Below, piece by piece: positions 12,801 to 22,538 of a stretch of DNA of 64,000 bases. The stretch is from Azolla caroliniana (taxonomy: Eukaryota > Plantae > Polypodiophyta): the NCBI GenBank assembly GCA_043228905.1, contig JBHGNT010000008.1:20026001-20090000 (forward strand), read 5' to 3'. The number at the start of each line of letters is the position of its first letter. The stretch's first letter is position 1. The notes below the pieces were generated by a model that had not been told where the DNA came from, made no database searches, and saw nothing but the letters and a program-made list of their open reading frames with translations. A program made the translations under genes and the position numbers.

Positions 12801-15256
12801 AGATACAAAGCCAGGATCGTGGTGAAGGGGTTCCAGCAGAAAAAGAGCGTGGACTTTGACGAGATATTTGCCCCGGTAGTAAAGATGACCTCCATCCGGA
12901 CGGTGCTGAGTATAGCGGCAAGCATGGACCCCGAGGTAGAACAGCTAGACGTGAAGACGACATTCCTTCACGGCGACCTCGAAGAGGAGATCTACATACA
13001 GCAACCGGAGGGATTTGTGGAGAAAGGGAAGGAGCACCTGGTATGCCGGCTGAAGAAGAGCCTGTACGGACTAAAGCAGGCTCCCCAACAATTGTACCGG
13101 AAGTTCAATTCCTTCATGACCGACCAAGGGTACCACAAGACCCAGGTCGATCACTGCGTGTTTGTGAAGAAGTTCGAAGGAGGCGACTTCCTGATACTCC
13201 TTCTGTACGTGGACGACATGTCGATCGTCGGACGGGACCAAGCCAAAATACGGATGCTGAAGAAGGCTCTCAACCGGACCTTCTCAATGAAAGACTTGGG
13301 TCCGGCAAGACAAATGCTGGGGATGCATATTATTCGGAACCGGTCAATGAAGCAATTGTGGCTGTCACAAGAGAAGTACGTGATAAAGGTGCTTCAGCGG
13401 TTCAACATGTCAGATGCGAAACCGGTCGGATCGACACTTCCGGCAAACTGCAAGCTATTCGGTAAGCAAAGCCCGAAGACGAAAGCAGAGAAGGCGGAGA
13501 TGATGAAGGTCCCATATGCCTCTGCCATCGGGAGCCTAATGTACGCAATGGTGTGTACCCGTCCGGATATAGGATACACAGTCGGAGTGGTGAGCCGGTT
13601 TATGAGCAATCCCGGCAAGGAGCACTGGAACACGGTCAAATGGATACTCCGGTATTTGAAGGGCACTTCAAATATGTGTCTCCGATTCGGCTCCAGAAAA
13701 ACTCAACTTGATGGTTTCACCGATTCAGACATGTCGGCTGATGTGGATACCATCCAGTCTACATCCGGGTATGTATTGACATATGCAGGGGGAGCTGTTT
13801 CATGGCAGTCGAGGCTGCAGAAGATGGTTGCATTGTCAACCACAGAGGCGGAGTACATGGTGGCTCTGGAAGCCAACAAGGAAATATTATGGATGAAGGA
13901 CTTCATCAGAGAGCTCGGTATCCGGCAAGATGAATACCGGCTCTATTGCGACAGTCAAAGTGCCATCCATCTTGCTAAGAATGCGGCCTACCATTCCCGG
14001 ACGAAGCATATCCAGCGAAGATATCACTCGATCCGGGAAAGAGTAGATGACCAGGAGTTCGCACCGACGAAGATCCACACGGCCGAGAACGGGTCAGATA
14101 TGCTGACCAAAGTGCTGATACCCAACAAGCTGAATGCATGACGGAAGAGGATCGGACTAGTAAGACACCTCATGCCGGAGTGAAGGGGGAGTTTGTTGGG
14201 AGACAGGTCCCTACGGATGGGAAGGAAGAAGAACAAAGTTGACAGAACCGGATGAGGAGTACCCGGCTACGGAGAGCCAGATGGTGCAGACCTGGTCAGA
14301 ACCTGATGAGGAGTACCCGGCTACAAAGAGCCGGATGGTGCAGACCCGGTGAAAACCGGATGAGGAGTACCCGGCTACGGAGAGCCGGATGGTGCAGACC
14401 CGGTGAGGACTGCTCACCGGATGAGGAGACATATTCGTAAATATGTTTCTGAGAGTCCATCATGGCTATATTTGTAAATAGCCGAAAAGTCATATTAGTA
14501 TAAATATGAGTTAGGGAAAACTTTTAGTGCAGTAGTTGTCATTCTTGTTTGCGCGAGATCAGAGCACGTAACAGTGTACACAGAGAGAGAGAGAGAGAGA
14601 GGAAGAGGTCATTGCCTCTATTTTAACCACCGCCAGTGGCGAAGGTCGTGAGCGCGAGGTCGTTGCCTCCGTGAGCTCACTGTTGTAATTATTGTGACAT
14701 AGTGATAGTTAGTAGTCAGTGGACTGCCGTGGTTTTTCCCTCTCAGGGTTTTCCACGTTAAACATCCTGTGTACTCTTCTCTCCATTGTGTCGTGTTTTC
14801 ATTTCCCGTTTTTTCTGTGTATGATTCTAAGCTCGGTTGTGGCCGAGCGTTGCGTATAGGGAGCGTGCAGTTCTTGACAAGTGGTATTAGAGCGAAACGA
14901 CACAGAAAATGGACGATTCGTTGGGAGGCATGTTCAAGCTCACCGGCTCCAACTATTCGGTATGGAAGTCGAAGATGAGGGACATGCTCGTGGTTAAAGA
15001 TCTTTGGTTGCCGGTTCAGTTTGGGCACAAGCGACCGGACAAAATCGACGCCACGATATGGGAGGTGATGGACATGAAGACAATGGCTTACATACGGTGC
15101 TTCATCGACATGAGCCTATACAACAACTTCAATGAATAGAGCAATGATCATGAGCTCTGGTAGAAGATCGGCATTATGTTTCAAAACAAAAATGTTGTTA
15201 ATCAGGTGTCGGTATTCCGGAAGCTAGTAAGACTCCGGTACCCAGATGGCTCCAGC
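9214..15256 (+). mobile_element. Tnt1/Tork-like copia, family A: LTR-gag-pol-LTR followed by a second PBS and partial gag
   Basis: LTRs 9214-10139 (with an internal 320-bp duplication, 9348-9667/9668-10013) and 14194-14879. PBS TGGTATTAGAGC (iMet-like) at 10142 and 14882; PPT AAGGGGGAG ~14183; left TSD CCCCT. Confidence 0.95.
10169..14183 (+). pseudogene. Copia gag-PR-IN-RT-RH polyprotein with stops and frameshifts
   Basis: CFYCGKPGHFQKNC, WVVDSG, LVHTDVC, LYVDDM, YCDSQSAIHLAKN in the ORF track. Confidence 0.95.
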
Positions 15257-15606
15257 TAGTCCAAACTAAATATATTATATCCCCAAATTCCCATTAAAAC
15301 ATCACACTTATTGTTGCTATCTATCTATTAGAACTAAATATAATAGATCCCCAAATCATCCATTCCCATTAAACTCATCCGGCTAGCCCTCTCTACATTC
15401 ACTACTTCCTTAACTCCCATATCCTCCTTTATACACATTCAAAACCCCTCTCTCCCTCATCCATCCCCACCACTCCCTTTCTCTCTTCTTTCGTCTTCCT
15501 TTATGTAACCCTCTCACAATTCTGTATATGGTTTTTAGCATTGATGAGCTCATATAGAGCAAAACATGTTTGCCAAAACGACCTTTTTTTTACATAAATT
15601 GAAATT

Positions 15607-15660
<54 letters not shown>

Positions 15661-15932
15661 CTCCCCCACTATTCTCTTTTATACTATTCTTTAGCTACCA
15701 TACTATTTAACCTAATTATTCAACCATCGAAGGTTATACGCTCACACTCCTTGCTTAGGCCATAAGGCCCACAACTACCAAAGCTTCGACATATGACATG
15801 GAGTTTCATTCACCGGAGATAGGAACCCACAATGGATCTGCCTCGACAATGTTTGGGCAACCATCTAGTGAAGAGTTCCCTTAGCCCACGGAAATGACGT
15901 CTGCAACGATGGCATCGGCTACACCAACCCCT
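15257..15932 (+). repeat. Diverged duplicate of PLE flank 8538-9213, including a second hammerhead copy (15532-15579)
   Basis: Colinear with scattered substitutions; this hammerhead copy additionally has GAAA>AAAA. Confidence 0.95.
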
Positions 15933-16572
15933 TGTTGGGAGATAGGTCCCTCCGGATGGGAAGGAAGAAGAACAGTGCTGACAGAACCGGATGAGGAGTA
16001 CCCGGCTACAGAGAGCTGGATGGTGCAGACCCGGTGAGAACCGGATGAGGAGTACCCGGCTACGGAGAGCGGGATGGTGCAGACCCGGTGAGGAGTTCTC
16101 ATCGGATGAAGAGACATATTCGTAAATATGTTTCTGAGAGTGCATCATGGCTATATTTGTAAATAGCCGAAAAGTCATATTAGTATAAATATGAGTTAGG
16201 GCAAACTTTTAGTGCAGTAGTTGCCATTCTTGTTTGCGCGAGATCTGAGCACGTAACAGTGTACAGAGAGAGAGATAGAGAGAGAGAGAGAGAGGAAGAG
16301 GTCATTGCCTCTGTTGTAACCGCCGCCAGTGGCGAAGGTCGTGAGCGCGAGGTCGTTGCCTCCGTGAGCTCACTGTTGTAATTATTGTGACATAGTGATA
16401 GTTAGCAGTCAGTGGACTGCCGTGGTTTTTCCCTCTCAGGGTTTTCCACGTTAAACATCCTGTGTACTCTTCTCTCCATTGTGTCGTGTTTTCATTTCCC
16501 GTTTTTTCTGTGTATGATTCTAAGCTCGGTTGTGGCCGAGCGTTGCGTATAGGGAGCGTGCAGTTGCTGACA
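15933..16572 (+). mobile_element. Solo LTR of copia family A
   Basis: TGTTGGGAG...GCTGACA flanked by CCCCT on both sides (15928-15932 and 16573-16577). Confidence 0.95.
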
Positions 16573-17960
16573 CCCCTATCAAGCGTAATAGTGCGAATAA
16601 AAGACCACAAAAGCGCGCTCGAGATTATATTCTCTCGTCCTCACTCATCAACTCCACTCCTGGTACGAAGGTGTCCACTACTAAGATATGATCTTCTAAT
16701 ACATCATTTTCCTCGAAATACTTAGAAAAATATAAAACTAGAGTACTCACAAAATTTAAACAACTTTTCAAAAGCAAAAAAAAAGCCAAAAATACCCATA
16801 GTAGGATGTTGAACTTATACACTCATGAATTAACCCCTCATAGTCTTAGAATTCATCCCCCCAATCTAAAGATAGATCATGACGAAATTAACAATAGCAT
16901 GCATAAGAACTTTCTAACCCTCATTAATCAATATAATAAAGATCTAACAAGTACTTATATTAAACATCTAGACTTACTAATGCACTCCTATACTAAAACC
17001 CTAGATAATTTCCCTAATACCGTTAGATCAGATAAAAAACATAACTTTGCAAACATCCTTCAAGAACCCTAACATTTTGAGGATGTGTCACCATATGTTG
17101 AGCCTACTAATTTTCAAGAAACGATTAATACGTTACTACAAGATTTTGACTCTAAAATGCTAAAAATGTGTGACAATTTTGCTCTAAATCACAACATTGA
17201 CGATACACTTAAAAGAACAGCCATAGAACTTAAGAGGTAAAACAAGAGCACAAAATAGATATGGAAACCCTAATATTAGAGATATAGATATTACAATGTA
17301 TGAAGGGGAAGAAGAAAATGATAATGAAATGTTTTGTGACAGTCCCTTGTACATTGCTCCTGTAGAAGCCGAGATAAATAACACTAAAAGTTATGTCCCG
17401 CCCATACTATTATCCAAAACAAAAATTCTAATCCCACACCCACACCCAACCCCAAAAAGAATCTAAACTTTACCCTAAACCCTAACCTTGAACCTAAGTC
17501 TAACCCAGACACTAACTTTAATTCCAAAAATATCACTAACCCTTTTCCTAACTCTCACCCTAACCCAAACCACCGCTCCAATAATAACTCCAAACAAGCG
17601 CAACACTTGCAACACCGCAACTAATGAGGCTAATCAGGCATTTAAACCTTATCCCAACCCTAGTGGGCCTCAAGTTCCTTTTTGTAACCCACACTTTGCC
17701 AATACTGAACCACAACATTATCGCTCACCACAAGCATTCGCAAGAACAGGCCTAGGTGATCTCCCCGCTCATACAAGTCCTCCGGCTCCTAACACCGTCC
17801 CTAAGCTCCATCCACCATAGTATCATCAGTCGCACCTGCCAAACATATCAAGGCAACAATTTCGACATTCTGTTACGGATCAGAGCTGCCAATAGAACTT
17901 CCCACCGCTACCGCAACCTCATCTCCGCCATACACATGGTACGCCATACATAGGGTACGC
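16573..17960 (+). pseudogene. Probable PLE ORF1-like region; continues at 25868-25956 and 29277-29600
   Basis: Continuous with the PLE flank once the TSD-defined inserts are removed. Helical segment PHSLRIHPPNLKID..HKNFLTLINQYNKDL is followed by N/P-rich low complexity. Confidence 0.45.
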
Positions 17961-18277
17961 TGTCGTGGCGTGGCTCGCCTAGAAGCGTAGCGTTGCGTAG
18001 ACAAAAGATATCGTGAAAGTGAGGAAGGAATCACTGGGATTATGGACGGAAGAGACGAAAGAGTAGAGATAGATAAATAGTGATCAACAAGATATGACAA
18101 GATAGGATATAGAATGATATTTGAAGCAATAAAAGAGATTTATAATTATTTGATAAAAGAGTTACAAAATGATTGTGCACATCATTGAACCTCCGAACTT
18201 TGTCTTGCAAGGTAATCGCTCTTCTCTTTCTTGATCGTAGACCATTACAATCTTCACTTCAATATTTTGATGAAGAT

Positions 18278-18332
18278 AAGGCTCGAACCGCCTCCCTCTT
18301 GTTGAGAGTTGACCACCACGACCGCCAAGCTA
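18278..18332 (-). promoter_or_regulatory. tRNA-like A/B-box cassette downstream of the TATA box (copy at 25098-25152)
   Basis: TAGCTTGGCGGTCG...GGAGGCGGTTCGAGCCT; 18332 to 18288 = 44 nt. Confidence 0.7.
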
Positions 18333-18660
18333 GAGCTCCACGTTTATGTTAAACTTCTTCCCTTCTTTCTCTATTTTTATGGTATCTCTTATGAAGTACA
18401 TAATTTGATTGATATCTCATACATCTCCCCCTTTGATCTTCTCTTTCACCATTTAAATAGGTGCCCCCATGCATATGATGCATTGGAGGGTACAAATCAT
18501 GCATGTAGTGCATGAAATGCATGTGATGCATGATCACCATTTGGCGTTCATGCATTACATGTGATGCATGATAAACATCTCGCTCATTTGAGCTTTTATG
18601 TATGAAACAATATATGCAATAACAATAAACATGAAAACATAATCTTAAAGAGAAAGGGCC

Positions 18661-18715
18661 TAGCCTAATGGTAGGTGTGTTGACTTTAGTGTATGAGGTT
18701 GTGGGTTCGAGTCTC
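18661..18715 (+). promoter_or_regulatory. tRNA-like A/B-box cassette in U3 (copy at 25481-25535)
   Basis: TAGCCTAATGGTAGGTGTGTTGACTTTAGTGTATGAGGTTGTGGGTTCGAGTCTC; 18661 to 18705 = 44 nt. Confidence 0.8.
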
Positions 18716-18825
18716 AAAATACTATTGAATACAACATGCAACTTTATTTTTATATCATGAAGCAAATCCTTTATGTAATATAAAGTATATATAAAGTATG
18801 CTTTATTTTATGAATATTATTAGTG

Positions 18826-18880
18826 TAGAGTAAATGGTAAGATTTGAGAGTCATAGGGTGGGCTTATTGGTTCAAGTCCT
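18826..18880 (+). promoter_or_regulatory. Second tRNA-like A/B-box cassette in U3 (copy at 25646-25700)
   Basis: TAGAGTAAATGGTAAG...GGTTCAAGTCC; 18826 to 18870 = 44 nt. Confidence 0.65.
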
Positions 18881-19087
18881 CTCTTGTTCGTGTAATATAA
18901 TATATTTATATATATATATATATTATTTTTCTTTACATATATATAATATTATCATATGTGTTGTTATAAAACATTATCAAATGTTATTTTAGTTACGTAT
19001 TTATCTTATTGTAGACTTTTAATGTGAAGCTTTCGTACTTCACGACATCCACCCCCTCTAGACCTGCACATCCTCCGGCATGTGCCA

Positions 19088-22000
19088 CTATCTTTCATCT
19101 TCATGTTGATCTATCGGAGGAGGTTCAAGCTCAAACCTTTTCTTAAATACTTTTATCCTCTTTCCAGCTACCACGTTTAGGATTAGTGTCCCATCCAATT
19201 CACTAAGCTTATAAGTAAAGTTATCATATACTTTTCTTACTATATAAGGCCCAAACCATCTTTCAGCGAACTTGCGGACGGTGCTATGTTGATTATCTAA
19301 ACTGCTATCGTACACGAGCACCCAATCTCCTTCTTCTATTTTCTTAGGTCGAATTCTATGACTTTTATCAAAACGGATTTTATTCTTTAGTCGAGCCTCC
19401 TTTAATCGTTGGGCTGCTATTTCTATATCTTCAGGTCGACGCTCTAATTGTTGAATTCGCAAAGCAAGTAATTCTTCTCTGCTCACCTCTTCTCTCCATG
19501 GAATAGATATCCATGACATAATTGATTCTTCTATCGGCATGATGGGCTTTTGGCCAAGTATCAATTCAGCTGGCATGTATCCTGTTACTGAACTATGAGT
19601 TGTTCGATCCGCCCATAGTGCATAAGGTAGCATGCGTGGCCAATCTCTTATTTTACCTTTACAGCTTTTCACGATCGCCTTAACTATTGGGCTATGTCCT
19701 CTTTCAATCTTTCCATTGGCTTCTGGATTATACGCAGTTGTAAGTGATAATTTGACCCCTATTCGGCTGAAGAATTCTCTAGCTTCATCAGAGTCGAGTT
19801 CTCCTCTATCTGCAATTATTTTACCAACACACCCGTAACGACATATTACATCTTCTAACAAAAATTTACATACAGCTCTAGTTGTTTTTTGTCGTAGTGG
19901 TCTTCCTTCTACTTGGTTTGTAAGGTCTTCTCTTGCTAGTACTAAATATCGCATTTGACCTTCCCCAAGTGGCATTGTCACTAAATCAACCATCCATTTA
20001 TAATGCATTGATGATGAATATGTTGGTTTTAGCTCATCTCGATACCGGATAGTTGAATACCTCTGGCAAACCTCACAGGTTTCCACAAATTTCGTTACAT
20101 CTTTATACATATGTGGCCACCAATACTTTTCTTTCAACTTCATAAATGTCGCCCATATGCCTCTATGTCCTGCCCACAAACTATCATGGAATTCATTAAT
20201 TAATTTTCTCTTAATGTCATCCTTACAAATGACTCGAAGAGGATTTTCGGTTGGCCTTTTTGGACGCCTCCATAAATGCCCTTCATGTAAAAAAAACTTG
20301 AATGCTCGTCTTCGAAATTCATTTAATTGTTTCTTCGACCATGATGGGTTGGCTTCTTGAGTCTTTAGAAAATTTCCTATTTCTAACCATTGACCTTCAT
20401 ACTCTGTGTCTTTGAACATTATACTTACATTAAACTCATCATGAGGCGTAATAGATTCTTGATGAGCAAATTGATGGCTTGTAGTTGCCCAGTTCCTATA
20501 TTCAGTTTGCATCACCTTTTCATTTATGAACCTTGCCCTTGACAACATATCTGCAACTGGGTTGTCTTTTCCCTTTATATGCCGCAATTCTGGGTTCATG
20601 GTTCTGATGTATGCAATCCACCGAAGCATTGCAATATCTGGTGTCGTGCAACTTGCTATCATTCCAATGAGTGGCAAACAATCTGTTTCAACCACTACAT
20701 CTGCTCCGATCAAGTAATCTCTATCTGTTTTTAATGCAGTAAGCAAACCCCACAATTCTCGTTTAACTTGTGCATAGTTTCTTTGTCTTTCATTTAATAT
20801 CTTTGCTCCAAATCTGATAGCATATCGATGTTGGTCTTCATCTTCTTGGTTGATAACCCAACCGATCCCGATTGGGCTAGTATCAACTGTTACTATAATT
20901 GGTCTTTCACCTTTGTAGTCTGGTTGACGAAGAACTGGTGCTTTCAGTAATGCTTCTTTCAGCTGTTGAACAACTTGTGTATGTTCATCAGTCCAAATAA
21001 ACTTCTTTCCTTTTCTTAAAAGTTGGTAGAGAGGATCTGAGACATGTGCAAAGTGTGGTAACCAAATATGATAAAACACACATGCACCCAAAAATCTTCT
21101 CACCTCTGTTACCGAGTCGCAAACTTCCTTCATATTTTGTATTGCGTTAATTTTGATCGGTGAAGGCTTCCTCCCATACCACCCACACATATGACCAACT
21201 ATTAGAACTTCGTTTTGCCCAAAGCAAGACTTTGTTCCTGATAGTGTCAAATGTACTTGCTCAAGCTTATTTAAAATATTTTCACAGTCATTAATGTGAT
21301 CCATCACAAACTTTCTGCAACCATTTCCAACCATAGTCTCATCTTTCTCTCTTTCTAAGCATCCCTTAATAGGAATATCATCTAAAAATGGCATAGTTAC
21401 CTTTGGGATGTATTCATGTAGAACTTTGTTCATTGCATTCATCATATGAGCAACCGAATTCGTCGCACCTTGAGGTAGAGTGCACATTCGAACCAACCCA
21501 ATTGGTGTTTTCATTGTTGTGATATTGCGACTATCAATTGCTAGTTGAAATTGGTCGTATCCTGAATATAGGTCTCCCATAGAGTAAATCGCTCTGCCAG
21601 CAAACGCTTCCGCAAATTCATCAACGATCGGTCCGATTCCCGCATTTCGGATTGTGACTTTGTTGACTGGTTGTAGATCTTGAATGAATCTTAGAGAACC
21701 ATCTTTCTTTGGAACTGTGAACCATCTATTGGAGTATGGTGCATTTGAAGGCTCTAAAATCTTCATCTTGACTTTATCCTTCAGCAACTCCAACAATTGA
21801 GGTAATCGAGCTCTCGGTACTGCAATAGGTTTAAAATTCCAAGGAATATGAGGGATAGTAAATATTACCATTGGCGTCACCACCTTTGGATTTACACAAC
21901 CAATCTCCTCAGCTTTGAATGCAAACGCTTTCCCATGCCTAAAGATCATTTCTTTGAAAGTCACGATCTCTGATTGCAGAAGAAATTCACCCCTTCCGAT

Positions 22001-22366
22001 TCTCAAGTTATTTATTGTCTCCGAAGTGAAGTGATGTCCGATCTTCTCTATTGGTCGAAGCATAGGCTCGGTTGCTGCTGCCTCCATCTTCTCTTCACTA
22101 CCAATAGGTAATGGTACTGCAGCAGGTTTGACCTTTTTATCTATTGTTTTGTATTTTGTATTACATAAACTTTCTACTTCTTCATATTTACAATTATACC
22201 TATCAATCTCATAATACATATCAATTGAGTTTACATGTATCTTTCTAACATTCTCATCATCTTCTTTCAAATACATTTCTAACTCTTCTAAAGTATTTGC
22301 AAAAGAAATTTCTTCCATAACACTTTCAATCTGCTCTTCCATTTCAAGTACTCCAGTATCCTTCAA
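19088..22366 (-). CDS. pol: Pol: RT-RNase H-integrase (1092 aa), no chromodomain
   Basis: DLYSGYDQF, LPQGATNS, PFLDDI, VDTSPIGIG, HDSLWAGH..CEVC, YNPEANGKIERGH, GPY motif. Confidence 0.95.
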   Translation of the reverse strand: MKDTGVLEMEEQIESVMEEISFANTLEELEMYLKEDDENVRKIHVNSIDMYYEIDRYNCKYEEVESLCNTKYKTIDKKVKPAAVPLPIGSEEKMEAAATEPMLRPIEKIGHHFTSETINNLRIGRGEFLLQSEIVTFKEMIFRHGKAFAFKAEEIGCVNPKVVTPMVIFTIPHIPWNFKPIAVPRARLPQLLELLKDKVKMKILEPSNAPYSNRWFTVPKKDGSLRFIQDLQPVNKVTIRNAGIGPIVDEFAEAFAGRAIYSMGDLYSGYDQFQLAIDSRNITTMKTPIGLVRMCTLPQGATNSVAHMMNAMNKVLHEYIPKVTMPFLDDIPIKGCLEREKDETMVGNGCRKFVMDHINDCENILNKLEQVHLTLSGTKSCFGQNEVLIVGHMCGWYGRKPSPIKINAIQNMKEVCDSVTEVRRFLGACVFYHIWLPHFAHVSDPLYQLLRKGKKFIWTDEHTQVVQQLKEALLKAPVLRQPDYKGERPIIVTVDTSPIGIGWVINQEDEDQHRYAIRFGAKILNERQRNYAQVKRELWGLLTALKTDRDYLIGADVVVETDCLPLIGMIASCTTPDIAMLRWIAYIRTMNPELRHIKGKDNPVADMLSRARFINEKVMQTEYRNWATTSHQFAHQESITPHDEFNVSIMFKDTEYEGQWLEIGNFLKTQEANPSWSKKQLNEFRRRAFKFFLHEGHLWRRPKRPTENPLRVICKDDIKRKLINEFHDSLWAGHRGIWATFMKLKEKYWWPHMYKDVTKFVETCEVCQRYSTIRYRDELKPTYSSSMHYKWMVDLVTMPLGEGQMRYLVLAREDLTNQVEGRPLRQKTTRAVCKFLLEDVICRYGCVGKIIADRGELDSDEAREFFSRIGVKLSLTTAYNPEANGKIERGHSPIVKAIVKSCKGKIRDWPRMLPYALWADRTTHSSVTGYMPAELILGQKPIMPIEESIMSWISIPWREEVSREELLALRIQQLERRPEDIEIAAQRLKEARLKNKIRFDKSHRIRPKKIEEGDWVLVYDSSLDNQHSTVRKFAERWFGPYIVRKVYDNFTYKLSELDGTLILNVVAGKRIKVFKKRFELEPPPIDQHEDER

Positions 22367-22538
22367 TGCCTACTGAAACAGATTAGCATTCTTTTTCAAG
22401 TTCCTCTTGCATTCATACATCCTAGTCACACATATAGCACCACTTTCAGAAACATGAAATGACTTATTCATATGTTGTAATGCCCTATATGAGGGTCTTT
22501 TAATAATGGGACTATTGCAACCCTCACTCGCAACAGTC

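Noticed and set aside
17440-17570. Interstitial telomere array
   Set aside because: Only degenerate CCCTAA-like hexamers, consistent with an Asn/Pro-rich coding stretch.
18654-18730. Functional tRNA gene (also considered for the other cassettes)
   Set aside because: No acceptor stem or proper anticodon stem can be formed; only the boxes, their spacing and partial D/T arms persist.
18349-18765. His/Met-rich 138-aa ORF (copy at 25169-25585; similar ORF at 2906)
   Set aside because: Translation of the CATG-rich LTR promoter; no evidence of coding selection.
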